Shown: positions 27,627-35,904 of the stretch, in pieces
Position numbering within the stretch: the first letter of the stretch is position 1
How the letters are laid out: each line of letters starts with the position of its first letter
Assembly (NCBI GenBank): GCA_050259615.1
Contig: JBLNAZ010000014.1
Coordinates: forward strand, 9,952-73,951
Reading direction: 5' to 3'
DNA length: 64,000 nucleotides
Source: Syntrophomonadaceae bacterium
GTDB lineage: Bacteria > Bacteroidota > Ignavibacteria > Ignavibacteriales > SURF-24
Notes under the pieces: generated by a model
Told to the model about the DNA's origin: nothing
Databases searched by the model: none
What the model saw: the letters and a program-made list of their open reading frames with translations, nothing else
Translations under genes and position numbers: made by a program

Positions 27627-30600
27627 ATGAATTACAGTTTAACAGCATGCCTTTACTTTTGGCTGAAAAGGAATAAGCCTCCGGCCTTTTATACCCGTTT
27701 CTTTCTCACACTGATATTTTTTCTGGTATCCCGGATTGTTTTTCCCCAATCCACCGACATTTACTTTGACCATATTTTCCGCGAACAGGGACTTTCACAA
27801 AGCATTGTAAATTGCATTATTCAGGATAACAAAGGACTTATGTATTTCGGTACCGAAGACGGGCTTAATATTTATGACGGTTATTCATTTACAATAATGC
27901 GCAATAACCCCAACGATACAAACAGTTTATCCTATAACGATATTACAGCTTTATTTGAGGACCGCGATAAAATAATCTGGATAGGCACTTTTAACGCGGG
28001 ATTAAACAGGTACGATCCTTCCGTTCAGAGTATCAGAAGATTTCCTTTTAATCCTCTTGATACGAACTCACTCAGCAATAGTAATGTAAATGATATTACG
28101 GAAGACCGGAATGGCAGCATGTGGATAGCTACGGATAACGGCCTCTGCATGCTCGAACGTCATATGGGCAAGCCATACAAATTTACAAGGTTTTATAACA
28201 GCCCGAAGAATTCCGGCAGCATAAGCAACAACAGGGTTCTCTCTTTAATAACTGACCGTATGGGTGTCATATGGGCAGGTACTGAGGCGGGAGCAGATAA
28301 AATAATTGTTAACGGGACGTCTCCTTCTTTTGAACATATCTATTCAGGCGATAAGATTCCCGCAAGTGCTCATGTAAGAGCAATATTCGAGGCATCAGGA
28401 GGGGATATATGGTTTGGTACGGAAAACGGGCTTGTACGCCTCCAGGCTTCAGAGCGCAGTTCTCAAAAACCTGTTTTCATCTATTACAGGAATAATCCAA
28501 AAGATGTTAACAGCCTGAGCAATAATAATATTTTTGCCCTGAGTGAAGATTTGGAAGGGATGATATGGATTGGTACAAACGGGGGCGGAGTGGACCTTCT
28601 GAATCCCCGCAGCGGAAGGATCAGTCACTTCAGACACGACCGCTTTGATCCCGCTTCATTAAGCTACAATGAAATAAGATCAATTTACAGGAACAGATCA
28701 GGCATAATGTGGGTGGGCACATATGGAAGCGGAATCAGTAAGGTTTCGCGTGCAGGAGGGCAGTTCATTCATTATTACTACAGACCTGACGATCCGAACT
28801 GTCTCAGTCATGCCATCGTCTGGTCAATCTATGCCGATAAAGACAGCATCCTTTGGATCGGAACCCACGACGGCCTCGACCGCCTGGACCGCAAAACCGG
28901 CAGGTACACGCATTACAGGAATAATCCCGGTGACCCAAAGAGTATTAGCGGTAACGTGATAAGGGTACTGACTGATGACCAAAACGGAAACCTCTGGATA
29001 GGAACCCATGGCGGAGGCATCAGCGTCTTAAATAAGAAAACCGGAAAGTGCAAAGTTTTCAGGCATGATCCGTCCAACCCTAATAGCCTTTCGGCAGACG
29101 CAATAAGACCAATTTTCAGGGACCGCTCGGGCACAATTTGGATAGGTACATACGGACAGGGGCTGGACAGGTACGAGCCTTCTGATGGTACATTCAGGCA
29201 TTATAGAAATATTGTCGGAAACAGCGAAAGCCTGAGCAACGATTTTGTAAGAATTATATTTGAAGACAGCAAGGGTAACCTCTGGATTGGAACTGAAGGC
29301 GGCGGAATAAATAAGTTCGATAGAAGAAAAGGAATATTCAAAAGCTACACAAACATTCCTGGAAACATAAACTCACTTAGTAGCAACCATATTTTTACAA
29401 TCCATGAGGATAAAAATGGCTTCCTCTGGCTGGGAACCTGGGGCGGGGGATTAAACAAGTTTGATCCTGTAAGGGAAAAATTTCAGCGCTTTAATGAGGC
29501 TGACGGACTTCCCAGCAACTCTATATATGGCATTCTGGAAGACAACTTCGGAAATCTATGGATGAGTACAAACGCAGGACTGTCAAAGTTCGATCCTGTT
29601 TCAGTTACATTTACAAATTATAATGTTAAGGACGGCCTGCAGGATAATGAGTTTAATGGTGGATCTTATTTTAAGAGCACAAGCGGCGAACTGTTCTTTG
29701 GCGGCATTGACGGCTTCAACTCATTTTATCCCGACAGGATCAAAAGCAACCGCAACATCCCTCCCGTGATAATTACCTCCTTCAGCAAGCTTAATAAAGA
29801 AGTGAATTTCGGACGTGCGGCATCGGAAGTTAAGGAAATTGAGCTGTCTTATCAGGATTATGTTTTTTCATTTGAATTTGCAGGCCTGGATTATATGGCG
29901 CCAGAGAAAAATAAATACGCATACAAAATGGAAGGACTGGATAAAAACTGGATCTTTGTTGATGCTTCAAAAAGGTTTGCTTACTATACTAACCTTTCTC
30001 CCGGCCATTACACTTTCATGGTGAAAGCTTCCAACAGCGACGGCATATGGAATAACCAGGGTGCTATGGTAAAACTTATTATTACTCCGCCATTCTGGAA
30101 AACGTGGTGGTTTATTGCGCTTGTACTAATCCTCCTGTTTGTTCTTGCATATATTCTTTACAGGTGGCGCATTAAAAATAACGCAATGAAGACGGAACTT
30201 AAAGCTGCGCACGAGGCCCAAATGTCAATTATGCCCAATGCCGATCCCGACTTAAAGGGACTGGATGTATCCGGCATATGCATTCCGGCAAACGAGGTTG
30301 GAGGAGATTTCTTTGACTACTTCAAGCGGAATAATAATGAAAATACTCTGGGAGTGATAATAGGCGACGTATCGGGCAAGGCTATGAAAGCTGCAATGAC
30401 GGCGGTCCTGGCAAGCGGAATGATGATTCCGGACATTATTGCCGTGGAGGACATTAAAACCATCTTCACCAGAGTTAATAAAGCTCTTTATTTAAAAACA
30501 GATAAACGTGTATTTGTAGCAGCCTGCATACTTCTCATAGATGTGAAAAATAAAAAAATAACATATATCAATGCCGGTAATGTAAATCCAATTATCAGGA

Positions 30601-30923
30601 TAAATGGAACGGTGTGCAGTTTAACCTCCAGCGATCCAAGATTCCCTTTGGGTTTAATATGCGATGTTCAGTATGAAAAAAGAACAGTTGATTTTAATAA
30701 AGGAGATGTACTCTTGCTGATGACAGATGGCCTTGTTGAAGCCCAGGCAAAGTCAAAAGAACTTTATGGAACAGAAAGGTTAAGTATACTTCTCTCAAAT
30801 CCTGATATAGAGAAGTTATCGGCTAATGAAATAAAGAACAGGATCATACGGGATGTGCAAAGCTTCTGCACAGAAGGCACACATCATGATGACATGACAA
30901 TTATAGTAATTAAACACGTGTAG
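27627..30923 (+). CDS. Periplasmic double Reg_prop propeller + Y_Y_Y sensor fused through one TM to a PP2C/SpoIIE-type Ser/Thr phosphatase
   Basis: 1098-aa ORF with an N-terminal anchor and about 14 Reg_prop repeats (G.IWIGT..GL.RYD). The Y_Y_Y domain is YAYKMEGLDKNW...YYTNLSPGHYTFMVKASNSDGIWN and the TM is WWFIALVLILLFVLAYILY. PP2C motifs are GGDFFDY, IGDVSGKAMKAAM, TDGLVEA and HDDMTIIVIK. Confidence 0.8.
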   Translation: MNYSLTACLYFWLKRNKPPAFYTRFFLTLIFFLVSRIVFPQSTDIYFDHIFREQGLSQSIVNCIIQDNKGLMYFGTEDGLNIYDGYSFTIMRNNPNDTNSLSYNDITALFEDRDKIIWIGTFNAGLNRYDPSVQSIRRFPFNPLDTNSLSNSNVNDITEDRNGSMWIATDNGLCMLERHMGKPYKFTRFYNSPKNSGSISNNRVLSLITDRMGVIWAGTEAGADKIIVNGTSPSFEHIYSGDKIPASAHVRAIFEASGGDIWFGTENGLVRLQASERSSQKPVFIYYRNNPKDVNSLSNNNIFALSEDLEGMIWIGTNGGGVDLLNPRSGRISHFRHDRFDPASLSYNEIRSIYRNRSGIMWVGTYGSGISKVSRAGGQFIHYYYRPDDPNCLSHAIVWSIYADKDSILWIGTHDGLDRLDRKTGRYTHYRNNPGDPKSISGNVIRVLTDDQNGNLWIGTHGGGISVLNKKTGKCKVFRHDPSNPNSLSADAIRPIFRDRSGTIWIGTYGQGLDRYEPSDGTFRHYRNIVGNSESLSNDFVRIIFEDSKGNLWIGTEGGGINKFDRRKGIFKSYTNIPGNINSLSSNHIFTIHEDKNGFLWLGTWGGGLNKFDPVREKFQRFNEADGLPSNSIYGILEDNFGNLWMSTNAGLSKFDPVSVTFTNYNVKDGLQDNEFNGGSYFKSTSGELFFGGIDGFNSFYPDRIKSNRNIPPVIITSFSKLNKEVNFGRAASEVKEIELSYQDYVFSFEFAGLDYMAPEKNKYAYKMEGLDKNWIFVDASKRFAYYTNLSPGHYTFMVKASNSDGIWNNQGAMVKLIITPPFWKTWWFIALVLILLFVLAYILYRWRIKNNAMKTELKAAHEAQMSIMPNADPDLKGLDVSGICIPANEVGGDFFDYFKRNNNENTLGVIIGDVSGKAMKAAMTAVLASGMMIPDIIAVEDIKTIFTRVNKALYLKTDKRVFVAACILLIDVKNKKITYINAGNVNPIIRINGTVCSLTSSDPRFPLGLICDVQYEKRTVDFNKGDVLLLMTDGLVEAQAKSKELYGTERLSILLSNPDIEKLSANEIKNRIIRDVQSFCTEGTHHDDMTIIVIKHV

Positions 30924-30936
30924 CCCAAATCGGAAA

Positions 30937-30972
30937 GCCGCCTGAAAAGAATTATATTCCGTTTCAGGCGGC
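30937..30972. terminator. Stem-loop between convergent genes
   Basis: 11-bp stem gccgcctgaaa / tttcaggcggc with a ~14-nt loop. Confidence 0.5.
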
Positions 30973-30977
30973 AGATA

Positions 30978-33227
30978 TTACTTCAGCAATATGAATTTCT
31001 TTGTGCTTCTAAAATTCTTGCCTCCTGAAGCTGAGCTTGCATCCAGTGTGTAGAAATATACTCCGCTTGGCAGGGCGCCGGCCTTAAAAATTGTTTCATA
31101 TTTTCCTGCCTTAACTGCTTCATTAATCAGCGTTATTATCTCTTCGCCCAGCAGGTTATAAATAATGAGTTTAACTCTGCTGTCTACCGGCACTGAATAC
31201 CTTATAGTGGTAACCGGATTAAAAGGGTTGGGATAATTCTGTTCAAGCATGAACCGGGCAGGGGATTGAACCGCTAACTGATCTTTGTCTTTGGCCAGGG
31301 CTGAAACCGGGAGTTTCCAGACTCCTCTGCCATATGTTCCGGCATAGATATAATCATCGGTCGAAGCAAATGAATTAATTCCTATATTCTCCGGCAGTCC
31401 CGTATGAATCTCTTTCCAGGTATTGCCATAGTCATTTGAACGGAATATGGTACTTTTCATATTGAACTGGGATATTTCTGTTATATCCACGGAGGCAAAT
31501 AGAATGCTGTCCTGAACTCCAAGTGCGGTAACATAGATATCAGTCCCCATTGTATCCATCACGAATCCTCCCGTTTTTTTCCAGCTTAAGCCCGCATCGG
31601 TTGAAATGTACATCCCACCTTCGCCGCCTGCAAACATATGGCTGCCGGCTGAGGCAAAATCCGCAATATCTTTGCCCTTCAGCAAGCCGGTGGTTTCTTT
31701 CCAGCTTGAGCCGTTATCAGTGGAAATAAATACGGTGTTAATTTTTTGATAGTTTGTACCGGCAAGCACATTATTACCTGCTGCGGCCAGCGAATAGATA
31801 TAACTGTAGCGGGTTTTGATTGAATCCATGAGTTTCGGCAGGCCATTACTGACTTCCTTCCAGTTTTTACCATTATCAGTTGTCAGGTATACCCCCTTGT
31901 TGTATGTAGCGGCAAAGATCCTGCTGCCGCTCCCTGCAAACGTGGTAACATCAATTACAGAATCGTGACCCACTGAAAATCCGCTGTTTGACTGCAGCCA
32001 GCTTTGTCCGTTGTCGGTTGAAATGAATACACCCAGCCCTTCCGAAGCCGCAAAGATAAGGCTGTCCTTAAGAAATAATTTATTTATAAAAGGATAACCG
32101 AACCCTGTAGATATTAAGCCCCTGTTAACCTCCTGCCAGTTGTCTCCTTTATCTGTTGAGCGGAATATTCCATTACTTCCGGCAAAGATGGTATTGCCCC
32201 TGGCCGCAAGTGAGGCGATATATGTACTTATTATTCCTGTATTTGCCTTACGCCACGTTTTCCCGTTGTTGTTGGAAAGATACATGCCCTCGAATGTTCC
32301 GGCCAGTATATTCTTGCCCATGACTGCAAGGTTTGTAATTTCAAGAAAGACTATCTGGCTGTCGACTATTGCGGGTTCCCAGTTATTTCCCTTGTCGGTG
32401 GAGCGGAAAATCCCGCTGAATGTTCCGGCAATAATGCTGCTGTCGGCTTCAGCCAGGCTGGTGACGAAATCACCAGGAGGCATTCCATTGCCTGAGGGCT
32501 TCCAGAGCTCCCCGTTATTGGCTGATGCAAATAGCCCCCGGTCGGTTCCGGCAAAAATAGTATCTCCAACTGCAATCAGTGAGAATACCTGAATAGTATC
32601 AGGTAGTCCTGAAGATAATTTTGTCCAGCTGGTATCCTTATAGCGGTACATCCCTTCTCCATAGTAATAGCCGCTTATTGCAAAGATATAGCTGTCCTTA
32701 ATGAGGAAATCGGAAATGACAAAGCCAACTGTAAAAATATCCTTAGGCAGACCGCTGCTTATATCTTTCCATGTTGAACCTTTGTCTGTGGATTTGTATG
32801 CACTGTTGTACGAGCCCGCAATGATCATATTGTCTGTAGCCTTAATTGCGGTGATGTCATAAAATCCGCTTTCATTAATTTTGATCCCTTTGGAAATATC
32901 AATCCAGGTTAGACCTTTATCTGTAGAATGGAATATTCCTTTTGCGCCTCCAATAAAAATATCAGTACTGTTTGAAGCTATTGAAAAAGCACTTGAATCT
33001 GGCTGTTGGGAACTTATGTCTTTCCATATTAATCCCTGATCCGTCGTTATGTACAGTGCTGCACCTGAATTGGAATATATATCCGGATAGGTAACCATAA
33101 CTGCATTCTGACCTGAAGAACTCATGAGTCCGATTATACCCCCGGATGGTCCGTTTGTCTGTACCCACTGGGGATACAGCTGCGCTGAGAGAACGAGAAT
33201 AAAAGCAATAAGAAATATTTTCTTCAT
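30978..33227 (-). CDS. Secreted BNR/sortilin-type (S-x-D-x-G-x-T-W) repeat beta-propeller protein with T9SS C-terminal sorting domain
   Basis: 749-aa ORF with a signal peptide. It has about 12 BNR-like repeats (STDKGLTW, STDKGSTW, STDKGNNW, SNNNGKTW, STDKGDNW, STDNGQSW, TTDNGKNW, STDNGSSW, STDAGLSW, SNDYGNTW). The C-terminus EQNYPNPFNPVTTIRYSVP...LPSGVYFYTL...KKFILLK is a T9SS CTD. A strong SD (AAGGAGG) lies 7 nt upstream. Confidence 0.75.
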   Translation of the reverse strand: MKKIFLIAFILVLSAQLYPQWVQTNGPSGGIIGLMSSSGQNAVMVTYPDIYSNSGAALYITTDQGLIWKDISSQQPDSSAFSIASNSTDIFIGGAKGIFHSTDKGLTWIDISKGIKINESGFYDITAIKATDNMIIAGSYNSAYKSTDKGSTWKDISSGLPKDIFTVGFVISDFLIKDSYIFAISGYYYGEGMYRYKDTSWTKLSSGLPDTIQVFSLIAVGDTIFAGTDRGLFASANNGELWKPSGNGMPPGDFVTSLAEADSSIIAGTFSGIFRSTDKGNNWEPAIVDSQIVFLEITNLAVMGKNILAGTFEGMYLSNNNGKTWRKANTGIISTYIASLAARGNTIFAGSNGIFRSTDKGDNWQEVNRGLISTGFGYPFINKLFLKDSLIFAASEGLGVFISTDNGQSWLQSNSGFSVGHDSVIDVTTFAGSGSRIFAATYNKGVYLTTDNGKNWKEVSNGLPKLMDSIKTRYSYIYSLAAAGNNVLAGTNYQKINTVFISTDNGSSWKETTGLLKGKDIADFASAGSHMFAGGEGGMYISTDAGLSWKKTGGFVMDTMGTDIYVTALGVQDSILFASVDITEISQFNMKSTIFRSNDYGNTWKEIHTGLPENIGINSFASTDDYIYAGTYGRGVWKLPVSALAKDKDQLAVQSPARFMLEQNYPNPFNPVTTIRYSVPVDSRVKLIIYNLLGEEIITLINEAVKAGKYETIFKAGALPSGVYFYTLDASSASGGKNFRSTKKFILLK

Positions 33228-33241
33228 AATACATCCTCCTT

Positions 33242-33556
33242 TTAATGAAGTAATATCATTATTTTTGTTTGAATATAACTGCCTGCCGTAATCCGGTAGA
33301 AGTACACGCCCGATGGAACCTCATCCTGCATAAAGGTAACTTCATAAGCCCCGGATTTAAGTATTTCATTGACCAGCACTTTGATTTCTTCACCAAGCGC
33401 GTTATAGACAGACAGTTTGACTTTGCTTTCTGCGGAAATAGAATATTTAATTGCAGTAGATGGATTGAATGGGTTTGGATAGTTCTGTTGGCAGGGGGCA
33501 GTTCCGCATAACAGAAAAAGACAAAAAAGTATTTTCAGACAGCATGAAATATTCAC
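33242..33556 (-). CDS. Mini-protein consisting only of a Cys-rich signal peptide and a T9SS C-terminal sorting domain
   Basis: 104 codons. The GTG start is preceded by AAGGAGG. MNISCCLKILFCLFLLCGTAPCQ is followed directly by QNYPNPFNPSTAIKYSISAESKVKLSVYNALGEE...VPSGVYFYRITAGSYIQTKIMILLH. The stop lies 14 nt before the next gene's start. Confidence 0.6.
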   Translation of the reverse strand: MNISCCLKILFCLFLLCGTAPCQQNYPNPFNPSTAIKYSISAESKVKLSVYNALGEEIKVLVNEILKSGAYEVTFMQDEVPSGVYFYRITAGSYIQTKIMILLH

Positions 33557-33831
33557 GCGCCCTCCTTATTTATAGCGACAAATAAACGTTTATGGGCTCT
33601 GGCTAAATTGTCGCCTGAAAGTGAATACATGAAAATTGGGCTGCTTTCTTTAAGGTTGTAACATTTGGAAATTGGTAACTGGAAACGGGTAAGCCGGGCC
33701 GGGGCAGCTGGAAGGGAGTTTGTACCGTGGAATTTTAATTGGATTATTGGCAACGGAATATATTTAGCGGCCGAAGCCGGTAAACGCGGTAAAGTTTCTG
33801 CATTCGCACCCTGAAATTTCAGATTTCTCAT
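33553..33831 (-). CDS. Possible 92-aa basic, Pro/Ala/Leu-rich protein, translationally coupled to the CTD-only gene (uncertain)
   Basis: The ATG at 33829-33831 is preceded by GGAGGA at 6-nt spacing. Its stop overlaps the downstream GTG start (GTGA at 33553-33556). There is no recognisable domain, and the region could instead be a structured leader. Confidence 0.3.
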   Translation of the reverse strand: MRNLKFQGANAETLPRLPASAAKYIPLPIIQLKFHGTNSLPAAPARLTRFQLPISKCYNLKESSPIFMYSLSGDNLARAHKRLFVAINKEGA

Positions 33832-34112
33832 ACCGTATCCTCCATTGGGCAGAAAATACCTTGGCCGGAAATCTAAAGAAGCACCTGCTTCTTAATTCTT
33901 TAAGAAAATTATATTATTTTCCTCCTGAAATCAAAAGGGGATAATTCCGCTCCTCAGATCTGCTCAAATTTATACCCCCTAAAATCTGAGGCAAAAATCA
34001 CAAAATTAAATTATGAAGGAAAATTTATCTTCTGCATTTGAATTTTGGGAAAATAGCGGGTAAATTATCATATAATTTTATTAAAAGTTTGCCATTAATA
34101 TCAGGTTGTGTT

Positions 34113-34643
34113 ATGAAAATCTACTTTTTATTTACATACATAGACGAAGAGTATATCTGCGATAATATTTATGCCGAAGAGGAAGGCAAGGTTATTAACT
34201 ATTCAGTTGAAGAGGACTATATAGTAAAGGCTGAGGACCCCGCCGTTAAAAGCCTCGCAAAGCTGGAGGAAATGTACCAGCCTCAACAAAAGACGAAGAA
34301 GTCCGGCAAGTCAACCGCAAAACAGGAGAATCCCCCAAAACTGATCATTAAAGAATTTGCCGAAGTCAGGGATGCCCTCTTCTTCCTTGAAGACACAATT
34401 GAGGATTTCAATGAGGATATTCCTGCCCGCAGAAAACTTCTGCCAATTGTAAACCCGTATGATCTCGATTTTGAGGACGATAACGACGACTATTCTGTCT
34501 TCGGCGAATCCGAAGTGGATCTGGAAAAAGAAGGCTTTTTTAAAGATGACGCCATGGATGATTTTGGCCCTGACGAAGACGAGGACGATGATGGCTTCGG
34601 TCCGGATTTCGATGACGACGAAGAAGAAGACGATAAATACTGA
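34113..34643 (+). CDS. Hyper-acidic small protein, function unknown
   Basis: ORF from TTG 34038. I prefer ATG 34113 (MKIYFLFTYIDEEY...). The C-terminal third is D/E-rich (DDAMDDFGPDEDEDDDGFGPDFDDDEEEDDKY). There is no TM or signal peptide after the preferred start. Confidence 0.5.
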   Translation: MKIYFLFTYIDEEYICDNIYAEEEGKVINYSVEEDYIVKAEDPAVKSLAKLEEMYQPQQKTKKSGKSTAKQENPPKLIIKEFAEVRDALFFLEDTIEDFNEDIPARRKLLPIVNPYDLDFEDDNDDYSVFGESEVDLEKEGFFKDDAMDDFGPDEDEDDDGFGPDFDDDEEEDDKY

Positions 34644-34789
34644 AAACCATAGGTTTGCTGAAAATTATAAATGTGCTGAATATCCTGCCTACGACCTTTA
34701 ATAAATTAAGGCCAGGGACGGGGATACAGTTTTTTGAACCGTTGCGGGCGGAATAACGCTCTGAAACAATTTACATAAGCTTATCTTAA

Positions 34790-35725
34790 ATGAAATCCAA
34801 ATTCCTGAAAAAATATCCCATTATTGATTATTTCTTTATCCTGATCGGAAGCGCAATAATGGCCCTGGGTATAGGGGTCTTCCTTGTGGATGCGCAGGTA
34901 GTGCCGGGCGGCGTAAGCGGCCTTTCAATGGCTATTCATTACCTTTCAAATTATAAAATTCCCGTCGGCCTCATGATGTGGCTTCTGAACGTGCCTCTCT
35001 ATGCCTGGGGACTTAAGGTGCTGGGTAAAAGATTCGGAATAAGAACTTTCTATGGCTTTACGCTTAACTCTTTCTTTATAGACTTTTTCAGGGGCGATGT
35101 GCCTGGTCTTAGATTTATCAGGCTGCAGGATACTCAGACTGTTCGCGACCTGTTCCAGAATGATTTCCTCTTTCTGGTGCTTATTGGCGCGGTCTTGCTG
35201 GGTATCGGCCTCGGCATTATATTCAAGTTCAAGGGAACTACTGCCGGAAGCGACATTGTGGCTGCAATTATGCAGAAACGCTACGGCTGGAAACCCGGGC
35301 AGGCGATAATGTTTATTGACTTCTTCGTCATTGCCGTGGCAGGCTTTATTATCGAAATTAAACATCTTTCACCCATCAGGCCCGCTATGTCCCTTACTCT
35401 TTATGCATTCTTCCTCCTGTTTGTTTCGAGTAAGCTGGTGGACTTTATCGTTGACGGCTTCGACTATGCCCGAATGGCTTTCATTATTTCGGATAAATCG
35501 GATGAAATTGCCAAGGTCATTATGAATGACTTCAGCCGCGGCGCTACGGGACTCAAGGCCCACGGACTTTATAAAAATTTGGACCGCGACATTATTTTCA
35601 CCGTGGTTACTTTTAAGGAAATTCCTGAACTTACGGAGGCTATTCAGGAAATAGACCCCGATGCCTTTGTCATTATAGGCAACGTGCATGAGGTACTTGG
35701 CGAAGGATTTAGAAGGAGGATTTAA
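34790..35725 (+). CDS. YitT-family membrane protein (DUF2179 C-terminal domain)
   Basis: 311-aa ORF with a polytopic N-terminal region carrying GGVSGLS and TAGSDI motifs, and a C-terminal DUF2179-like soluble domain (GATGLKAHGLY...FTVVTFKEIPELTEAIQEIDPDAFVI). Confidence 0.8.
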   Translation: MKSKFLKKYPIIDYFFILIGSAIMALGIGVFLVDAQVVPGGVSGLSMAIHYLSNYKIPVGLMMWLLNVPLYAWGLKVLGKRFGIRTFYGFTLNSFFIDFFRGDVPGLRFIRLQDTQTVRDLFQNDFLFLVLIGAVLLGIGLGIIFKFKGTTAGSDIVAAIMQKRYGWKPGQAIMFIDFFVIAVAGFIIEIKHLSPIRPAMSLTLYAFFLLFVSSKLVDFIVDGFDYARMAFIISDKSDEIAKVIMNDFSRGATGLKAHGLYKNLDRDIIFTVVTFKEIPELTEAIQEIDPDAFVIIGNVHEVLGEGFRRRI

Positions 35726-35869
35726 GGGTTTTCAGGGCAGAAACTTCGGTGAAAATTCCCGTGAAATGTGCCCTTAAGCACTTGCCTTTATCCTTTGAAG
35801 TTTATAACTTACAAATGTTATTGGTCCTGGAGTTTGGTAAAAAATTAATGTGAATTTCGTTCTTAAGTC

Positions 35870-35898
35870 TTGACATTATTTTTTAATCCTTATATATT
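35870..35898 (+). promoter_or_regulatory. Consensus-like promoter TTGACA-N17-TATATT ending 6 nt before the ATG at 35905 (possible leaderless transcript)
   Basis: TTGACA at 35870-35875, 17-nt spacer, TATATT at 35893-35898, then tccgtc and ATG. There is no room for a Shine-Dalgarno site. Confidence 0.45.
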
Positions 35899-35904
35899 TC
35901 CGTC

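Noticed and set aside
33600-33850. Relatively GC-rich stretch compared by eye with SRP RNA, RNase P, tmRNA and 6S signatures
   Set aside because: No conserved core motifs were found (for example the GGAAGCAGCC-type SRP helix-8 motif, the AGGAAAGTCC RNase P P4 motif, or a tRNA-like tmRNA end). The region is kept only as an unassigned leader or possible small CDS.
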